64,000 nucleotides of DNA from Bythopirellula sp. (GTDB taxonomy: Bacteria > Planctomycetota > Planctomycetia > Pirellulales > Lacipirellulaceae). Within the stretch, counting starts at the first letter, position 1, and each line of letters starts with the position of its first letter. The notes beneath the pieces are model-generated. The model worked only from the letters and a program-made list of their open reading frames with translations. It had not been told where the DNA came from and did not search any database. Shown here in pieces: positions 20,793 to 31,171 of this stretch. The DNA lies in NCBI GenBank assembly GCA_965216565.1, contig OZ244170.1, positions 1,504,001-1,568,000 on the forward strand. Direction: 5' to 3'. The position numbers and the translations under genes are program-made.

Positions 20793-21974
20793 CTATTTTC
20801 GTCTACGAAGTCCACATAGGCCAGTTCCAGCCACGAGCAGCATCAATGCGCTCGGCTCCGGCACAGCGCCCAATGATCCAGTCAGCGGTGCACCGCCATA
20901 CTGGGTTTCATAAATAGCCAGATCAGCCTGACCGACAGTTCCGTCGCCATTGGCATCACCATTGCTATTGTCGGTTTGACCAGTGAGGCCAACGTTTTGC
21001 TGGTAAATCAAGAAGTCTAGGCCGGTAACGGTACCATCGCCGTCAAAGTCAGCGTTGTCCTGCTGCACAATCGGCAGCGCGCTCACGACGATGTTATCGA
21101 TGTAGCGATGAACAAATGGAAAGGCCGAGAAAGAGATGTTGCCGAAGAAGTCACCGCCCGAGACGCTGTAGTCTTGGGACACATTGGGGTCCCCATCGAT
21201 GGTGACCGTGACATCAATAGTATCTGAGTCTCCATAAGCTCCGTTTATTTGTGGAACAAGTGTCAGTTCAACAGAATGTCCGATGTTCGGATCGCCATAG
21301 TCCAGCAGCCCTGGCTGACCGCCCGTGTTGGGATCGGTTAGCATGCCGTCCTGATGCACTGAAGTATTTCCCACATTCGATCCAACACTTTGCTGGAAGA
21401 GAAGCGAGAAGTCTGCGTTGTTTGGATTGAATAGACCGCTCGTGCCTGCCGACACATTCGGATCGAGAGAAAATATCGGGTGATTAGGATCCGTACCAAA
21501 ACCAACAGTCACGAAGCCATTTCCTGGAGGTGCGTTGATCGGATGAAAACGATTAAATTCGAATTCGACTTTGAAACCGGATGGCGCTAAGCCAGTCACA
21601 TCCACTGGATAACGGGCTGCCCCATCGCAAAGCACGCCAAAGGAACCGTCAGTCACTTGATTGCATCCACCGGTACGATTGCGACCCACCATCCAGGCGT
21701 TCGAGAGCGTTCCATTAGGTGAACCCCCAACCATGTTGTCGTTAGTGCCCCAATCAGAATTCACTCCATTGGGGTCGGGGCTGGTGGTCGTTACATCACT
21801 GGCCCCCGTTTCCCGATTGAAAGTATCGGAGAACAGCACGGTCTGGGCGCTCGAACTGCTAACGAGCAGGGCAGCAAGTACGAGACTGGTTGAGAAGAGA
21901 GTCATGGTTTTCATCGGATTCATCCTAACTGCAGGTCTACTCACTGAATGGATTGTCATTTGAAAGATGGACAT
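20793..21974 (-). CDS. PEP-CTERM surface protein with dockerin-like repeat; paralog of the downstream gene
   Basis: Signal peptide, ADFDGDGTVTGLDF/GDANGDGTVGQADL, VPEPSA+TM+RRRK; start uncertain. Confidence 0.85.
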   Translation of the reverse strand: MSIFQMTIHSVSRPAVRMNPMKTMTLFSTSLVLAALLVSSSSAQTVLFSDTFNRETGASDVTTTSPDPNGVNSDWGTNDNMVGGSPNGTLSNAWMVGRNRTGGCNQVTDGSFGVLCDGAARYPVDVTGLAPSGFKVEFEFNRFHPINAPPGNGFVTVGFGTDPNHPIFSLDPNVSAGTSGLFNPNNADFSLLFQQSVGSNVGNTSVHQDGMLTDPNTGGQPGLLDYGDPNIGHSVELTLVPQINGAYGDSDTIDVTVTIDGDPNVSQDYSVSGGDFFGNISFSAFPFVHRYIDNIVVSALPIVQQDNADFDGDGTVTGLDFLIYQQNVGLTGQTDNSNGDANGDGTVGQADLAIYETQYGGAPLTGSLGAVPEPSALMLLVAGTGLCGLRRRK

Positions 21975-22045
21975 GGATTACAACTGGTTTCTTGAATGTC
22001 TAGGAGTGTATTTAGGCGGTTACCGCTCCTCTAGGGTAGTTGGCT

Positions 22046-23098
22046 CTAGGGTAATTGAACAATTTCTTCACCTTTAATAGTACTGAGACCTTTCCAAACG
22101 ATTAGATCGATATCTTCACTAATAAACTGTGCTGAAGCGTCGCACATTACGATGTTAACCCCGGCGCTATGTTCGCTCCGTGAGCCGAGGTGCATGATGT
22201 TCTCAATCCCGGTGCTATCGCAAGGAAGTTCGAGTTCTGGGAGATGCACGCAAGCCGACTTATCACGTTCTTGAGAATTGGGCGGTAGCTGGGTCGATAC
22301 TTGATAAGTCCCAGCAACGTGATTCCAAATACGGCCTCGACGATCAACGGCCCCTTCTTCAGATGGCGATTGAATAATCTCCATCATAGCGATGCTATTC
22401 GATGTGCCGTCAGTCATCTCGGCTATTCTCGCTCCATACCCAATCCCGAATGCTGCCCAGTAATGTTCGGTAGCTTCTTTGTTTCCAAACGGATTCTCGT
22501 TGGTGCGAGCAGGGCCAAGTGTGCTTTGGTCGAATTGATCGATGAAGTTGAAGCTCCCCCAACAGGTTCCATAACTGCCCTTGTGATCTTGAAAAGTCAT
22601 CGAACCAACTGGGCCCCCTAAAGTGGCCGACATGATCTGCCCTTCACTGCTTGGGCATTGGTAAGTAGGCAGCGGTCCCCGAATTGCTTCAAGTACCCCA
22701 AGCTCCTGCCGATCCCAATCGATAGACCTATCATAAAGGGCAAAGCGGTTGCCCTCTTCTAAATAAGGGAGCATGAACACCACGTTGGGTGTGAAAGGAA
22801 TGAATCCCCTCGCTGTGGGATCGTTGATACTCCTTTGCTTTGTGAGATTATTAGGCCGTCTGTGACCGAGATTGCCCGGTGGAAAACGCTTATTAGCCGA
22901 GTGATAATTTTGCAGCGCCAGCCCGAGTTGGCGGAGGTTATTCGTACACTGGCTACGTCTGGCCGCCTCGCGTGCAGCTTGAACGGCAGGGAGCAGTAAG
23001 GCTACGAGCACGCCAATGATGGCAATTACGACCAACAGTTCAACGAGCGTAAAGCCACGTTTGCCGCGGCAAGCGGGGCTTCGAGGATGTAAATTCAA
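22046..23098 (-). CDS. DUF1559 prepilin-type N-terminal cleavage protein
   Basis: [45 protein letters not shown]9-D(A) motif; GGAGG plus TTG start. Confidence 0.92.
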   Translation of the reverse strand: MNLHPRSPACRGKRGFTLVELLVVIAIIGVLVALLLPAVQAAREAARRSQCTNNLRQLGLALQNYHSANKRFPPGNLGHRRPNNLTKQRSINDPTARGFIPFTPNVVFMLPYLEEGNRFALYDRSIDWDRQELGVLEAIRGPLPTYQCPSSEGQIMSATLGGPVGSMTFQDHKGSYGTCWGSFNFIDQFDQSTLGPARTNENPFGNKEATEHYWAAFGIGYGARIAEMTDGTSNSIAMMEIIQSPSEEGAVDRRGRIWNHVAGTYQVSTQLPPNSQERDKSACVHLPELELPCDSTGIENIMHLGSRSEHSAGVNIVMCDASAQFISEDIDLIVWKGLSTIKGEEIVQLP

Positions 23099-23696
23099 AA
23101 GAACCTCCAAGTTCTTGCAGGTATAAACGTCTTTAGTCTTTTGTGCAGTGATGCAGTGAGAAGACAAGTTTGGAATGTAGCAACTGCCCCGGTATGTATT
23201 ACTCCGCACCACAATCTGTATCTGTCAGGCAAAATCTGACTAGCGATCTGTTTTCTTCTAGCCCAATTTTCTCGGACCTGGGCATACTCCTTCCCCTTAT
23301 TGATCTAAACACCTGCCATTTAACACTTTTCGTCCGATCACTCGTGCCGAGCATCAGACCTCAAGTTTTGCCGATCCAATACCACTAAAATCACATAAGG
23401 AGTTTTGATATAACACTTTGCATCAACTGATGAAGTCTTCCATAACCGATTCTGCACGCTCACGGAATTTGCTCTGTAACTCGGCCAATAAATCTTCATA
23501 GAGGAATGAAGCACCTGTGGGATACCAGACCTTCCAACAAAACGTTCAATTTCCTTGACAGATGCAGTGGGGCTTTTGGAGTAATTAAACCAGGAGGGAA
23601 TAGCGACGCCAGGAGCAGGAGAGTTTCTCATCCAACTTCCCTGGCTTAGAGACCCGATTCCTTCGTACTCCCCACCTCTGACCTAGGCCTGAGTCT

Positions 23697-24209
23697 ATGG
23701 ACGACGAGTTTGTTATTTCAATGATCAACTGCCAACGAAGGCTGTACGCCTACGTTCTGTCGATCGTGTTCGACAAGGAACGGGCTCGCGAAATTGTCCA
23801 GCAGGCTAATTTGGTCCTTTTGCAAAAGAAATCCGATTATCAGCCAGGAACAAATTTCGGCGCCTGGGCTTGCAAAATTGCTTTCTACGAGGTGCTAGCC
23901 GATCGGCGTCGAAGACAGCGCGATCGTCACTTATTCAACGAGGAAACCCTCGCCCGCGTAGCAACTCAGGCCGAGCGAGCATCGGTCCATGCAGACCAGC
24001 GAATCGAGGCTCTCGAAGGCTGTTTGGAAGAACTTGATTCTGAGCAACGTCAGCTTGTTCGAGATAGATATTCGCCTGGTGGCTCTGTCAGCAGTATTGC
24101 CGAGAGTGCCAACAAGTCTCCCGCGGCCATATCAAGCCTGCTGTATCGAATTCGCTTAGCGCTCGACGAATGCATCGGACGCAAACTCGGAGGGCAGGCG
24201 TTGTCATGA
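23697..24209 (+). CDS. ECF sigma-70 factor (Rhodopirellula/Verrucomicrobium type)
   Basis: QRRLYAYV, EIVQQAN, NFGAWACKIA, LYRIRLALDECI. Confidence 0.9.
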   Translation: MDDEFVISMINCQRRLYAYVLSIVFDKERAREIVQQANLVLLQKKSDYQPGTNFGAWACKIAFYEVLADRRRRQRDRHLFNEETLARVATQAERASVHADQRIEALEGCLEELDSEQRQLVRDRYSPGGSVSSIAESANKSPAAISSLLYRIRLALDECIGRKLGGQALS

Positions 24210-25606
24210 GCAGTCAAGAGCACCGAGAAATCCGCCGCCTGTTGTCGAAGTTTGTCGATGGTGTGGCGACCGAACGAGAAGCCATTAAGCTTGCTGAGGC
24301 ACTGGACTGCGACGAGGCTTTGCAAGAGGCTGTAGTCATTTTCATGCAACGCGAGGCAGCGCTGGATGAATTGCACTGTCGCGATCTGCTAGCCCAGGCG
24401 TTGGAATTGGAAGATATCCAATCGATGTCGCCTGGAGAGACCATTGCCGCGGGGGCAGTTCTTGCCGCCGATAGACAACCGAAGCGTGTGCAGCATTCCA
24501 ACGATGGAGCGGTTTCCGCGATGAAGAATTTTTGTCGCACACTCCAAACTAAGTTGGAAGATCAACCCTTAGTGTGGGCGGTTGCCGCGAGTCTGATGTT
24601 GGCCATCGGGACTTTTTTCCTTTGGCCTAGTTCGCATGCTTCGCTCCTGGCTGTCGATAATGTGCTTTGGTCCAACGGCGAAGACTATCAGAGCGGGGAC
24701 CGGCTTGGCAGTGATTGGATTGAATTCGATTCCGGCTCTATTCAGCTTGCCTTTTCCAGTTCAGCCACAATGAAAATCGAAGGACCTGCACGCTTTCGTG
24801 CTTCAGGGAATGGTTATTGTGAACTCCAATTAGGATCGGCCCTTACTTATGTGCCTAAGGCCGCTCAAGGATTCATAGTCGAGACGCCCCAGATGCGTGT
24901 CGTCGATCTGGGGACCAGTTTTCGAGTGACGGTTGCCGAGAATTCTCACAGTTCGGTGCAGGTACTCGAGGGTGTCGTGGAGGCAGAGGCTAAACAAAGC
25001 GGCGAAGTAAGAGAACTCGTTGCAAGTGATGTCGCAACCGTATTGGAAGACGATTCAGATACCATACGGATAATTAGCTCGAAACGAATCAAGCCAATCA
25101 CATCGAAGCGCATTCGGTTCGAGGACAAACACGTCCCGTCGCTAGGCATCAATGGGCTGAAAGGCAACAACCGATGTTTTGTATTCTTGGAAAGGCACGA
25201 TCTGGCGCTTCCGCATGATCTGGTGGCAAACCAAACTACGACAGGAGTTCATACACAGTTTTCGTATTCAGGCGGCACGATTCCTCTTGGCACAAAGGTG
25301 GATTGCTACTTGATCCACAGTGCCCCTCAGGTCAAACGTCATGTTGTCGAAGGTCAGATAATTTTTCCGGGTAAGATTCTTGGCGTTATCACTAGTTCCG
25401 ACAAGCTAAATGCAACCAACGATCTCTTCGGCTCACCGTGGTCGCTCAAGTGCGGACATCCCGAACGCGGACTGGAGGGAGTCCCGAACGTAAACTCAGA
25501 TCGATTAGAAATCAGTGCGGATCAGCGCACGCTGCGAATGACTATGCGTACCGAGTCTATCGATCAGTTGCGCGTTCTCGTCAGCACCTCGGCCGATTCC
25601 AAATAG
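24206..25606 (+). CDS. FecR-like anti-sigma factor
   Basis: ATGA overlap with the ECF gene, single TM, IEGPARF, VVDLGTSF, VLEGVVE. Confidence 0.85.
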   Translation: MSSQEHREIRRLLSKFVDGVATEREAIKLAEALDCDEALQEAVVIFMQREAALDELHCRDLLAQALELEDIQSMSPGETIAAGAVLAADRQPKRVQHSNDGAVSAMKNFCRTLQTKLEDQPLVWAVAASLMLAIGTFFLWPSSHASLLAVDNVLWSNGEDYQSGDRLGSDWIEFDSGSIQLAFSSSATMKIEGPARFRASGNGYCELQLGSALTYVPKAAQGFIVETPQMRVVDLGTSFRVTVAENSHSSVQVLEGVVEAEAKQSGEVRELVASDVATVLEDDSDTIRIISSKRIKPITSKRIRFEDKHVPSLGINGLKGNNRCFVFLERHDLALPHDLVANQTTTGVHTQFSYSGGTIPLGTKVDCYLIHSAPQVKRHVVEGQIIFPGKILGVITSSDKLNATNDLFGSPWSLKCGHPERGLEGVPNVNSDRLEISADQRTLRMTMRTESIDQLRVLVSTSADSK

Positions 25607-25618
25607 CCTGAGAAACGT

Positions 25619-27994
25619 CTACTCTGCAGGAGCTGATACTCTAACAGCGTCTACTTGCCAACGACCTTCGGTCACAACAATTACGAGTTCGTCTTCCTCG
25701 TCACGGATCGATTCGAGCCCCTCAATACTGTCAGGCATAACGGGCTCGATTTGTTGTCCATTGATGGACAAGCTGCCCGCGAATTGCTTAGGCACGGAGA
25801 GCTCGGCGGTGGTTGAATTAGGGACGTCGACAGTTAAGCTGAATTTGCTCTCGCTTTGGGTTGCTGTTACACGAACGACTCCCGCCACGGTTGAAACCTC
25901 GGCTTCAACATGCTTCAGCGGGCCCAATTTTGGTCGAACGCCGAAGCTCTTGTATTCAGGCTCTAGCGGAAAGATTCCTGCAGCGTACTTTGAAAGCAGA
26001 ATCAGCGGTCCGCCGCTCCACGCGTGGTTGTAGCTGCCCCCTCCGAATCCCTCGGTGCCAATCCCCCAGCCTTCCCACAGAGTAGTTAAGTCGCTCTCGA
26101 CCATCTTGTGGTAACGCTTGGCCATACGTTGATAGGCATCCTCGTAGAAGCCCATCTCGAACAGTGCCTGGAGAACATATTTTTCCATATAAGGGCTCGC
26201 ATGGGACTGCTCGCGGAGCACATTGCGAATCTGCGAAAACTGATCGGATTTTGCTAAACCACTGACAACCGCCAGCGCCTGGCCTCGATCGTCTGTGGGT
26301 CCCTCGTATTGCGGCGAACGATACTCTTTGCCGTTCCAAAAACGTTTGTTGAACTGCTCTTCGATACTCGCCATACGCGATTGGGCTTCTTGCAGATCAT
26401 CCTCGTGGCCCAATAACTTGGCCATGGATGCCACAGAATCGAGCGCCAGATAATACCAGGCATTGTAAAGCAACGGCATATCTTTGTTCTTGCCCCAGTC
26501 ACCCCACATCCAAGCACCCTTCCTTGGAACCACCAAGCCATCCTCGCCAAGTTGCCAGACGCTCAGCACATAGTTTTGCACTGTGGGGTAGACATGTTCG
26601 ATCGTTTCTCGATCTCCCGTATGAAGGTAGTAGGTCCAAAACCCGTAACGACCGACACTGGCCAACATTTGCATGGGTAGTTCTTTGTCCCAATTGCCTG
26701 CGGGAATAGGCGAAAATAAAGTGCCATCTTCTTTATGCCAGTCGACTAGCTCCAGGATCGCCTTGCGACCGAGTAGGTGGCTGGCGGTATCCATACTGTA
26801 GAACGTTTGCGGGATCTCCAGAGTCACATCTCCCCACCACTGGGCCCGTTCGCGACCTGGACAGTCGAAAAACCCATCGCGCATATTCACATAGAGCGTG
26901 CGATACGACTTATTCCATAGCCGATTCAAAAAAGGATCGTCGCACTCGAACGAGCCTGCCAGATCGCAGTCGTAACCGCTCTCGCGGTAGCCCAACTCGA
27001 TGACCTTCACGCCATCCGGGATCTGATACCGCACCTCATGACCATTCATCCAACCAAGAGACTCATACTCTTGAGTGCCTTGCTTTGTGATGTATTCGGA
27101 CCGGACGTTGGGTTCACTTCCACCACGATAGTTGTCGGTGCGGATTCCAATCAGCTTTCCAGCGGGGGCCTCTACCTTCAAATAGGGCGTAATTTGTGCG
27201 TTGTAAGGGAGTTTTCCAACTAGGACCCTAGTTGTGTTCTCTTCAATTTCCTGCACTTCCTCGTAGGGGCGCACATCCGTTCGTCGCCACTGAGGGATGG
27301 ATCGTTCGACCAATTGGTTCCACGGTGCCTCCGGAGGTGGTCCGAATTCCTCCGCAAAAGCCCAGTCAGAGTCGTTGTGCTCGCTGCTCTGCCAGTCGGC
27401 AATATCTTGGCTGGCATCGAACCTAATATTCGACTCTGGAAGTCGCCAGTTTGGGTGTGGTTTTTCTGTATTTCCGTAGGCTGGATGAAGCTTGGCTTTC
27501 CACGATCGATTACTAAGAAACTGCTTGCCATCACAGTCTGCTTCAAATACTAAACCAAGCTTACCACTATTCTTGTGGGACATTCCCTCCTTGCCGAAGT
27601 GCCACACCAAAATCGCAATCAGATTGTCACCCTCTTGTAGATATTCTTTCAGGTCGACTCGGTCGAAGTAGGTATCTTCCGGGTTCGGTCCTCTCTTCAA
27701 TTGGCCTTCGAAGACGACAAGCTCATCGTTTACCCATAACCAATACTTAGAATCGCAAGCGATTCGCGCGTTTGCTTGCTGGGGTGGCGCGTCCAGCTGA
27801 ATACGGCCCCGAAAGCAACACCATGTATTGGCAGGCGTTCGAGATTCCTCAGTGGCTTCACCGCTAGCCACCACGTTTCGAGGGAGCCCAATCCAGCTTG
27901 CAGACCACGCTGAGTCGGCACTTTCTGCCCATGACGAAGAAAGCACAGCTAAGAATGAGAGAGCCGAAGTTCCTAGGAAAAGTGTGATGTTCAT
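25619..27994 (-). CDS. Exported alpha-L-rhamnosidase-like glycoside hydrolase (GH78)
   Basis: ASWIG, DCPGRERAQWWGD, TTLWEGW, SYNHAWSGGP. Confidence 0.85.
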   Translation of the reverse strand: MNITLFLGTSALSFLAVLSSSWAESADSAWSASWIGLPRNVVASGEATEESRTPANTWCCFRGRIQLDAPPQQANARIACDSKYWLWVNDELVVFEGQLKRGPNPEDTYFDRVDLKEYLQEGDNLIAILVWHFGKEGMSHKNSGKLGLVFEADCDGKQFLSNRSWKAKLHPAYGNTEKPHPNWRLPESNIRFDASQDIADWQSSEHNDSDWAFAEEFGPPPEAPWNQLVERSIPQWRRTDVRPYEEVQEIEENTTRVLVGKLPYNAQITPYLKVEAPAGKLIGIRTDNYRGGSEPNVRSEYITKQGTQEYESLGWMNGHEVRYQIPDGVKVIELGYRESGYDCDLAGSFECDDPFLNRLWNKSYRTLYVNMRDGFFDCPGRERAQWWGDVTLEIPQTFYSMDTASHLLGRKAILELVDWHKEDGTLFSPIPAGNWDKELPMQMLASVGRYGFWTYYLHTGDRETIEHVYPTVQNYVLSVWQLGEDGLVVPRKGAWMWGDWGKNKDMPLLYNAWYYLALDSVASMAKLLGHEDDLQEAQSRMASIEEQFNKRFWNGKEYRSPQYEGPTDDRGQALAVVSGLAKSDQFSQIRNVLREQSHASPYMEKYVLQALFEMGFYEDAYQRMAKRYHKMVESDLTTLWEGWGIGTEGFGGGSYNHAWSGGPLILLSKYAAGIFPLEPEYKSFGVRPKLGPLKHVEAEVSTVAGVVRVTATQSESKFSLTVDVPNSTTAELSVPKQFAGSLSINGQQIEPVMPDSIEGLESIRDEEDELVIVVTEGRWQVDAVRVSAPAE

Positions 27995-28336
27995 ACACTG
28001 CTTATAGCTCTTCCGAAGCAGATGCGAAAGGAGGTATCAAAACTCGATTCGTAGAGCGAGAGAGCCTGATTCAGACCTATAAACTCACTAATGAGAGGTC
28101 AGAGATTTGACCTTCCCCCATCAACGGTATCAGCGACTCATGACAGAATCTTTTGCTCTTGGCCGAGCTCTCTGAGAGGGCCTTTGGCTGTTCGAGTTCT
28201 GCGCCTTCGCTCTCGGCAAAGTTGTCATAGATCACGCTAAGTATTGAAAGCCCAGGGCGACAGATCGCCGTGGACATAGCACCGAGTACCGGTGCTATAG
28301 CTGGTGGGATGGTGAAAACGGTTAATCTCTATTCAA

Positions 28337-28383
28337 GAAAAGTAGAATGTCCCCTTTTTCGCCTTTTTCGCCCTTTTTCGCCC
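28337..28383. repeat. GAAAAGTAGAATGTCCCCTTTTTC motif followed by three CCTTTTTCG units
   Basis: Read directly from the sequence; intergenic between GH78 and rnc. Confidence 0.55.
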
Positions 28384-28448
28384 TAGCAATCAGAAACATT
28401 GTTCTAGAGATTGGGCAATAGCAAGAACTACGCTTCCACGAAGTACCA

Positions 28449-29216
28449 CTAAGAGTCGGCATCGCCCGCCAATGGCGCTTCTTCTGAGGGGTAAGCCACT
28501 GGATGGCCTTCGATCTCGTTTAACGCGTTTTGGGCTGCCCGTTGTTCTGATTCTTTCTTGCTACGTCCCCAAGCAGCTGAAAATCGTCGATGAGCTACTT
28601 GGGCGGAAATTTTGAAGCACTTGCTGTGGTCGGGCCCTTTTTCATCGAGCAGCTGATAGATAGGCGTCGTACCGTGTTCGCGTTGGGCGAACTGCTGAAG
28701 TTGCGATTTGTAGTTACCTGCGAAATCTGCCGATGCGGCTAACACGATTTCATCCTTCACATGACGCAAGATGAAATCTCGCGTGGGCTCAATACCGCCG
28801 TCCAAATAGATCGCCGCAATTAAGGATTCGAACACGGCCGCCAGTACCGAACGTGGAATCTCAGGATCTGCCGCCATTCCCTTGCCGAGGAAGAGAAACT
28901 CGTGCAGCTTAATGGACTCGGTAATTCTAGCGCAGGTGTCCCGACTGACGACCACAGATTTCACTTTGGTCATCTCTCCTTCCAGAAATTCAGGGTACTG
29001 GAGGTAGAGCTGCTCGCAAACCACCAAGCCCAAGATGGCATCGCCCAGGAATTCCATCCGCTCGTTGGATGCCAAACGGTGCGAGACTCCAGAGGCGTGC
29101 TTGAGAGCAGCTTCCAGCAATTCAGGATTCGTGAATTGGTAGCCCACACTCTGTTGGCAGAGCCTCAAATCGTCTGGCTCCAGACTACTCTCATCATTTA
29201 CAGACGGATTTGACAT
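28449..29216 (-). CDS. rnc: Ribonuclease III
   Basis: NERMEFLGDAILG signature, FESLIAAIYLD, dsRBD (NYKSQLQ, GPDH, SKKESEQRAA); start at MSNPS chosen. Confidence 0.95.
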   Translation of the reverse strand: MSNPSVNDESSLEPDDLRLCQQSVGYQFTNPELLEAALKHASGVSHRLASNERMEFLGDAILGLVVCEQLYLQYPEFLEGEMTKVKSVVVSRDTCARITESIKLHEFLFLGKGMAADPEIPRSVLAAVFESLIAAIYLDGGIEPTRDFILRHVKDEIVLAASADFAGNYKSQLQQFAQREHGTTPIYQLLDEKGPDHSKCFKISAQVAHRRFSAAWGRSKKESEQRAAQNALNEIEGHPVAYPSEEAPLAGDADS

Positions 29217-29431
29217 CCAACAACTATTATAAGAAAGAAAAAGATGGGTATCAGCAGTGGCACCGACACACAGAGTGTGCCATAACGGAATTCTTACCGC
29301 ACCATAGTAAGCGGCCCGCGAGAGAGCGTAAAGACTTACGCTGCCACCACTTCCGCATGCCTTTAGGCTAGTCATGATCTAGCAGATTGTCAACGGAAGG
29401 CACAGCTTCCACGACCGACCAGTAGTACGCA

Positions 29432-30814
29432 ATGAACACACTATTTTTACCCGAAATTCGTGAAATGCTCGAAACCAACGATCAAGTTGGTTTAGCTGAG
29501 TTTTGTACTGCTTTGCATCCCGGTCGAACTGCGGAGTACATGGACGGACTCGACCCGCAGGAATCGTGGGCTGTACTGAAATCCACCGATATCGAACACC
29601 GCGTTCAGATCTTTGGATTCCTGGAGGAAGAACGTCAGGTCCAGATTGTCGAATCCAGCGATCCTACGGAGCTCAGCGAGTTAATCGCAGAGATGCCCTC
29701 CGACGACCGAGTCGACTTACTAAACAAGGTAGACCCGCAAATCGTCGAAGCCATGTTGCCGTTGATTCCCACGGAAGAACGGCGCGATATCCTCAGACTG
29801 AGTCAGCACCCTGAGGGAACTGCGGGTGCGGTCATGACCACCGAAGTGGCGGCTATGTCTGAGTCGCTGACAGTGGTTCAGGCATTGGAGGAAATCGGAC
29901 GGCAAACAAAAGACTTAGAGACCATCTACTACATCTACATTGTTGATGAAGAAAATCATCTGCGCGGCTTGGTTTCCGCTCGGGAACTGATGACCCGCCT
30001 TGGCAAACCCGAGACGACACTGGGCACGTTCATGGAGCGCGATCTTGTCACCGTTGAAGTTACGGACGACCAGGAGATTGTTGCTGAAAAGGTCGCCGCT
30101 TTCGACTTTCTAGCAATCCCAGTGGTCGATCACGAGCAACACCTGTTGGGCATCATCACGCACGACGACGTCATCGACGTGCTGATCGAGGAGGCCGAAG
30201 AAGATGCATACCGCGCTGCGGCTGTTGAGCCTCTGCAGGATAGCTATTTGCAAACCGGATTGTTGCAATTGACGTGGAATCGTGGAATTTGGCTGTTTAT
30301 TTTGTTCGCCGCCGCGTTGTTAACAGCCTATGCCTTGAAGACGTATAAAGTTGAAATTGATAAAGTCACTTGGCTCGTGTTCTTTATTCCTCTGATTATG
30401 TCGAGCGGCGGGAATACCGGCGGGCAATCGGCAACGCTGATTATTCGCGCCTTGAGCAACAACGACATCAAGCTCTCCGACGCGAAGCAGGTAATATTCC
30501 GAGAATTGATTACCGGGCTTATCTTGGGCGGATCATTGGCCGTACTCGGCTATCTCGTAGGCCTAGTGATGCTCGAAGGCCCCACTTCTTATGAGCTACT
30601 TGTCGTTCCGATCACTTTATTGATCGTGGTGCTCTTTGGGGCGCTTTGCGGTGCAATTCTCCCCCTCGTGTTTCGCCGCCTGGGAGTCGACGAGGCACTG
30701 ATGAGCACGCCCTTCGTCACGGTTTTAATCGATATCGGTGGAATCGTGATCTACATGTTCGTCGCGACCATGATGATCGAAGAACTAGCGGCTGTTGTCG
30801 ACCAGGCCGGCTAA
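29432..30814 (+). CDS. mgtE: Magnesium transporter MgtE
   Basis: N-domain, CBS pair, GGNTGGQS, PFVTVLID. Confidence 0.95.
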   Translation: MNTLFLPEIREMLETNDQVGLAEFCTALHPGRTAEYMDGLDPQESWAVLKSTDIEHRVQIFGFLEEERQVQIVESSDPTELSELIAEMPSDDRVDLLNKVDPQIVEAMLPLIPTEERRDILRLSQHPEGTAGAVMTTEVAAMSESLTVVQALEEIGRQTKDLETIYYIYIVDEENHLRGLVSARELMTRLGKPETTLGTFMERDLVTVEVTDDQEIVAEKVAAFDFLAIPVVDHEQHLLGIITHDDVIDVLIEEAEEDAYRAAAVEPLQDSYLQTGLLQLTWNRGIWLFILFAAALLTAYALKTYKVEIDKVTWLVFFIPLIMSSGGNTGGQSATLIIRALSNNDIKLSDAKQVIFRELITGLILGGSLAVLGYLVGLVMLEGPTSYELLVVPITLLIVVLFGALCGAILPLVFRRLGVDEALMSTPFVTVLIDIGGIVIYMFVATMMIEELAAVVDQAG

Positions 30815-30835
30815 CTCGGCTGAAGACATCACACG

Positions 30836-31171
30836 TTAGACATTCAAGACAGGTCCGCCAACGTACATTTGCAGCACCTGGCTTTGAACCTTAATCGCTC
30901 GGACAAGTACCCAGATTTGGTCCTGAGTGAACTTCTCGGGGTCCGAATTGGCCAATTCTTCAAGCTCTTGAGTCATCGCAGCGTGTTGGTCGGTGACAGC
31001 CTGCAGTTTCATGCTAATTTCTGTCCACGCCGATTTGAGCTCTTCCGTTTCTGCCAGTTCCTTGAGTTCATCCGAACGGTTCGCTAGTAGCAGGCAGAGC
31101 CGAGCAACATCTTGGGCGGTTGCATCGGGTTGAAGGTCTTGGATCTTTTCAGCCAGTAGGTTGCAATTCAT
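30836..31171 (-). CDS. Hypothetical helical protein
   Basis: Clean ORF filling the gap, coiled-coil-like composition. Confidence 0.6.
   Translation of the reverse strand: MNCNLLAEKIQDLQPDATAQDVARLCLLLANRSDELKELAETEELKSAWTEISMKLQAVTDQHAAMTQELEELANSDPEKFTQDQIWVLVRAIKVQSQVLQMYVGGPVLNV

Noticed and set aside
23338..23631. 97-aa ORF between DUF1559 and the ECF gene
   Set aside because: No motif recognised; more likely the divergent promoter region
11961..28400. Integrative island at tRNA-Arg
   Set aside because: No integrase and no duplicated tRNA 3' end were found; treated as an accessory locus only
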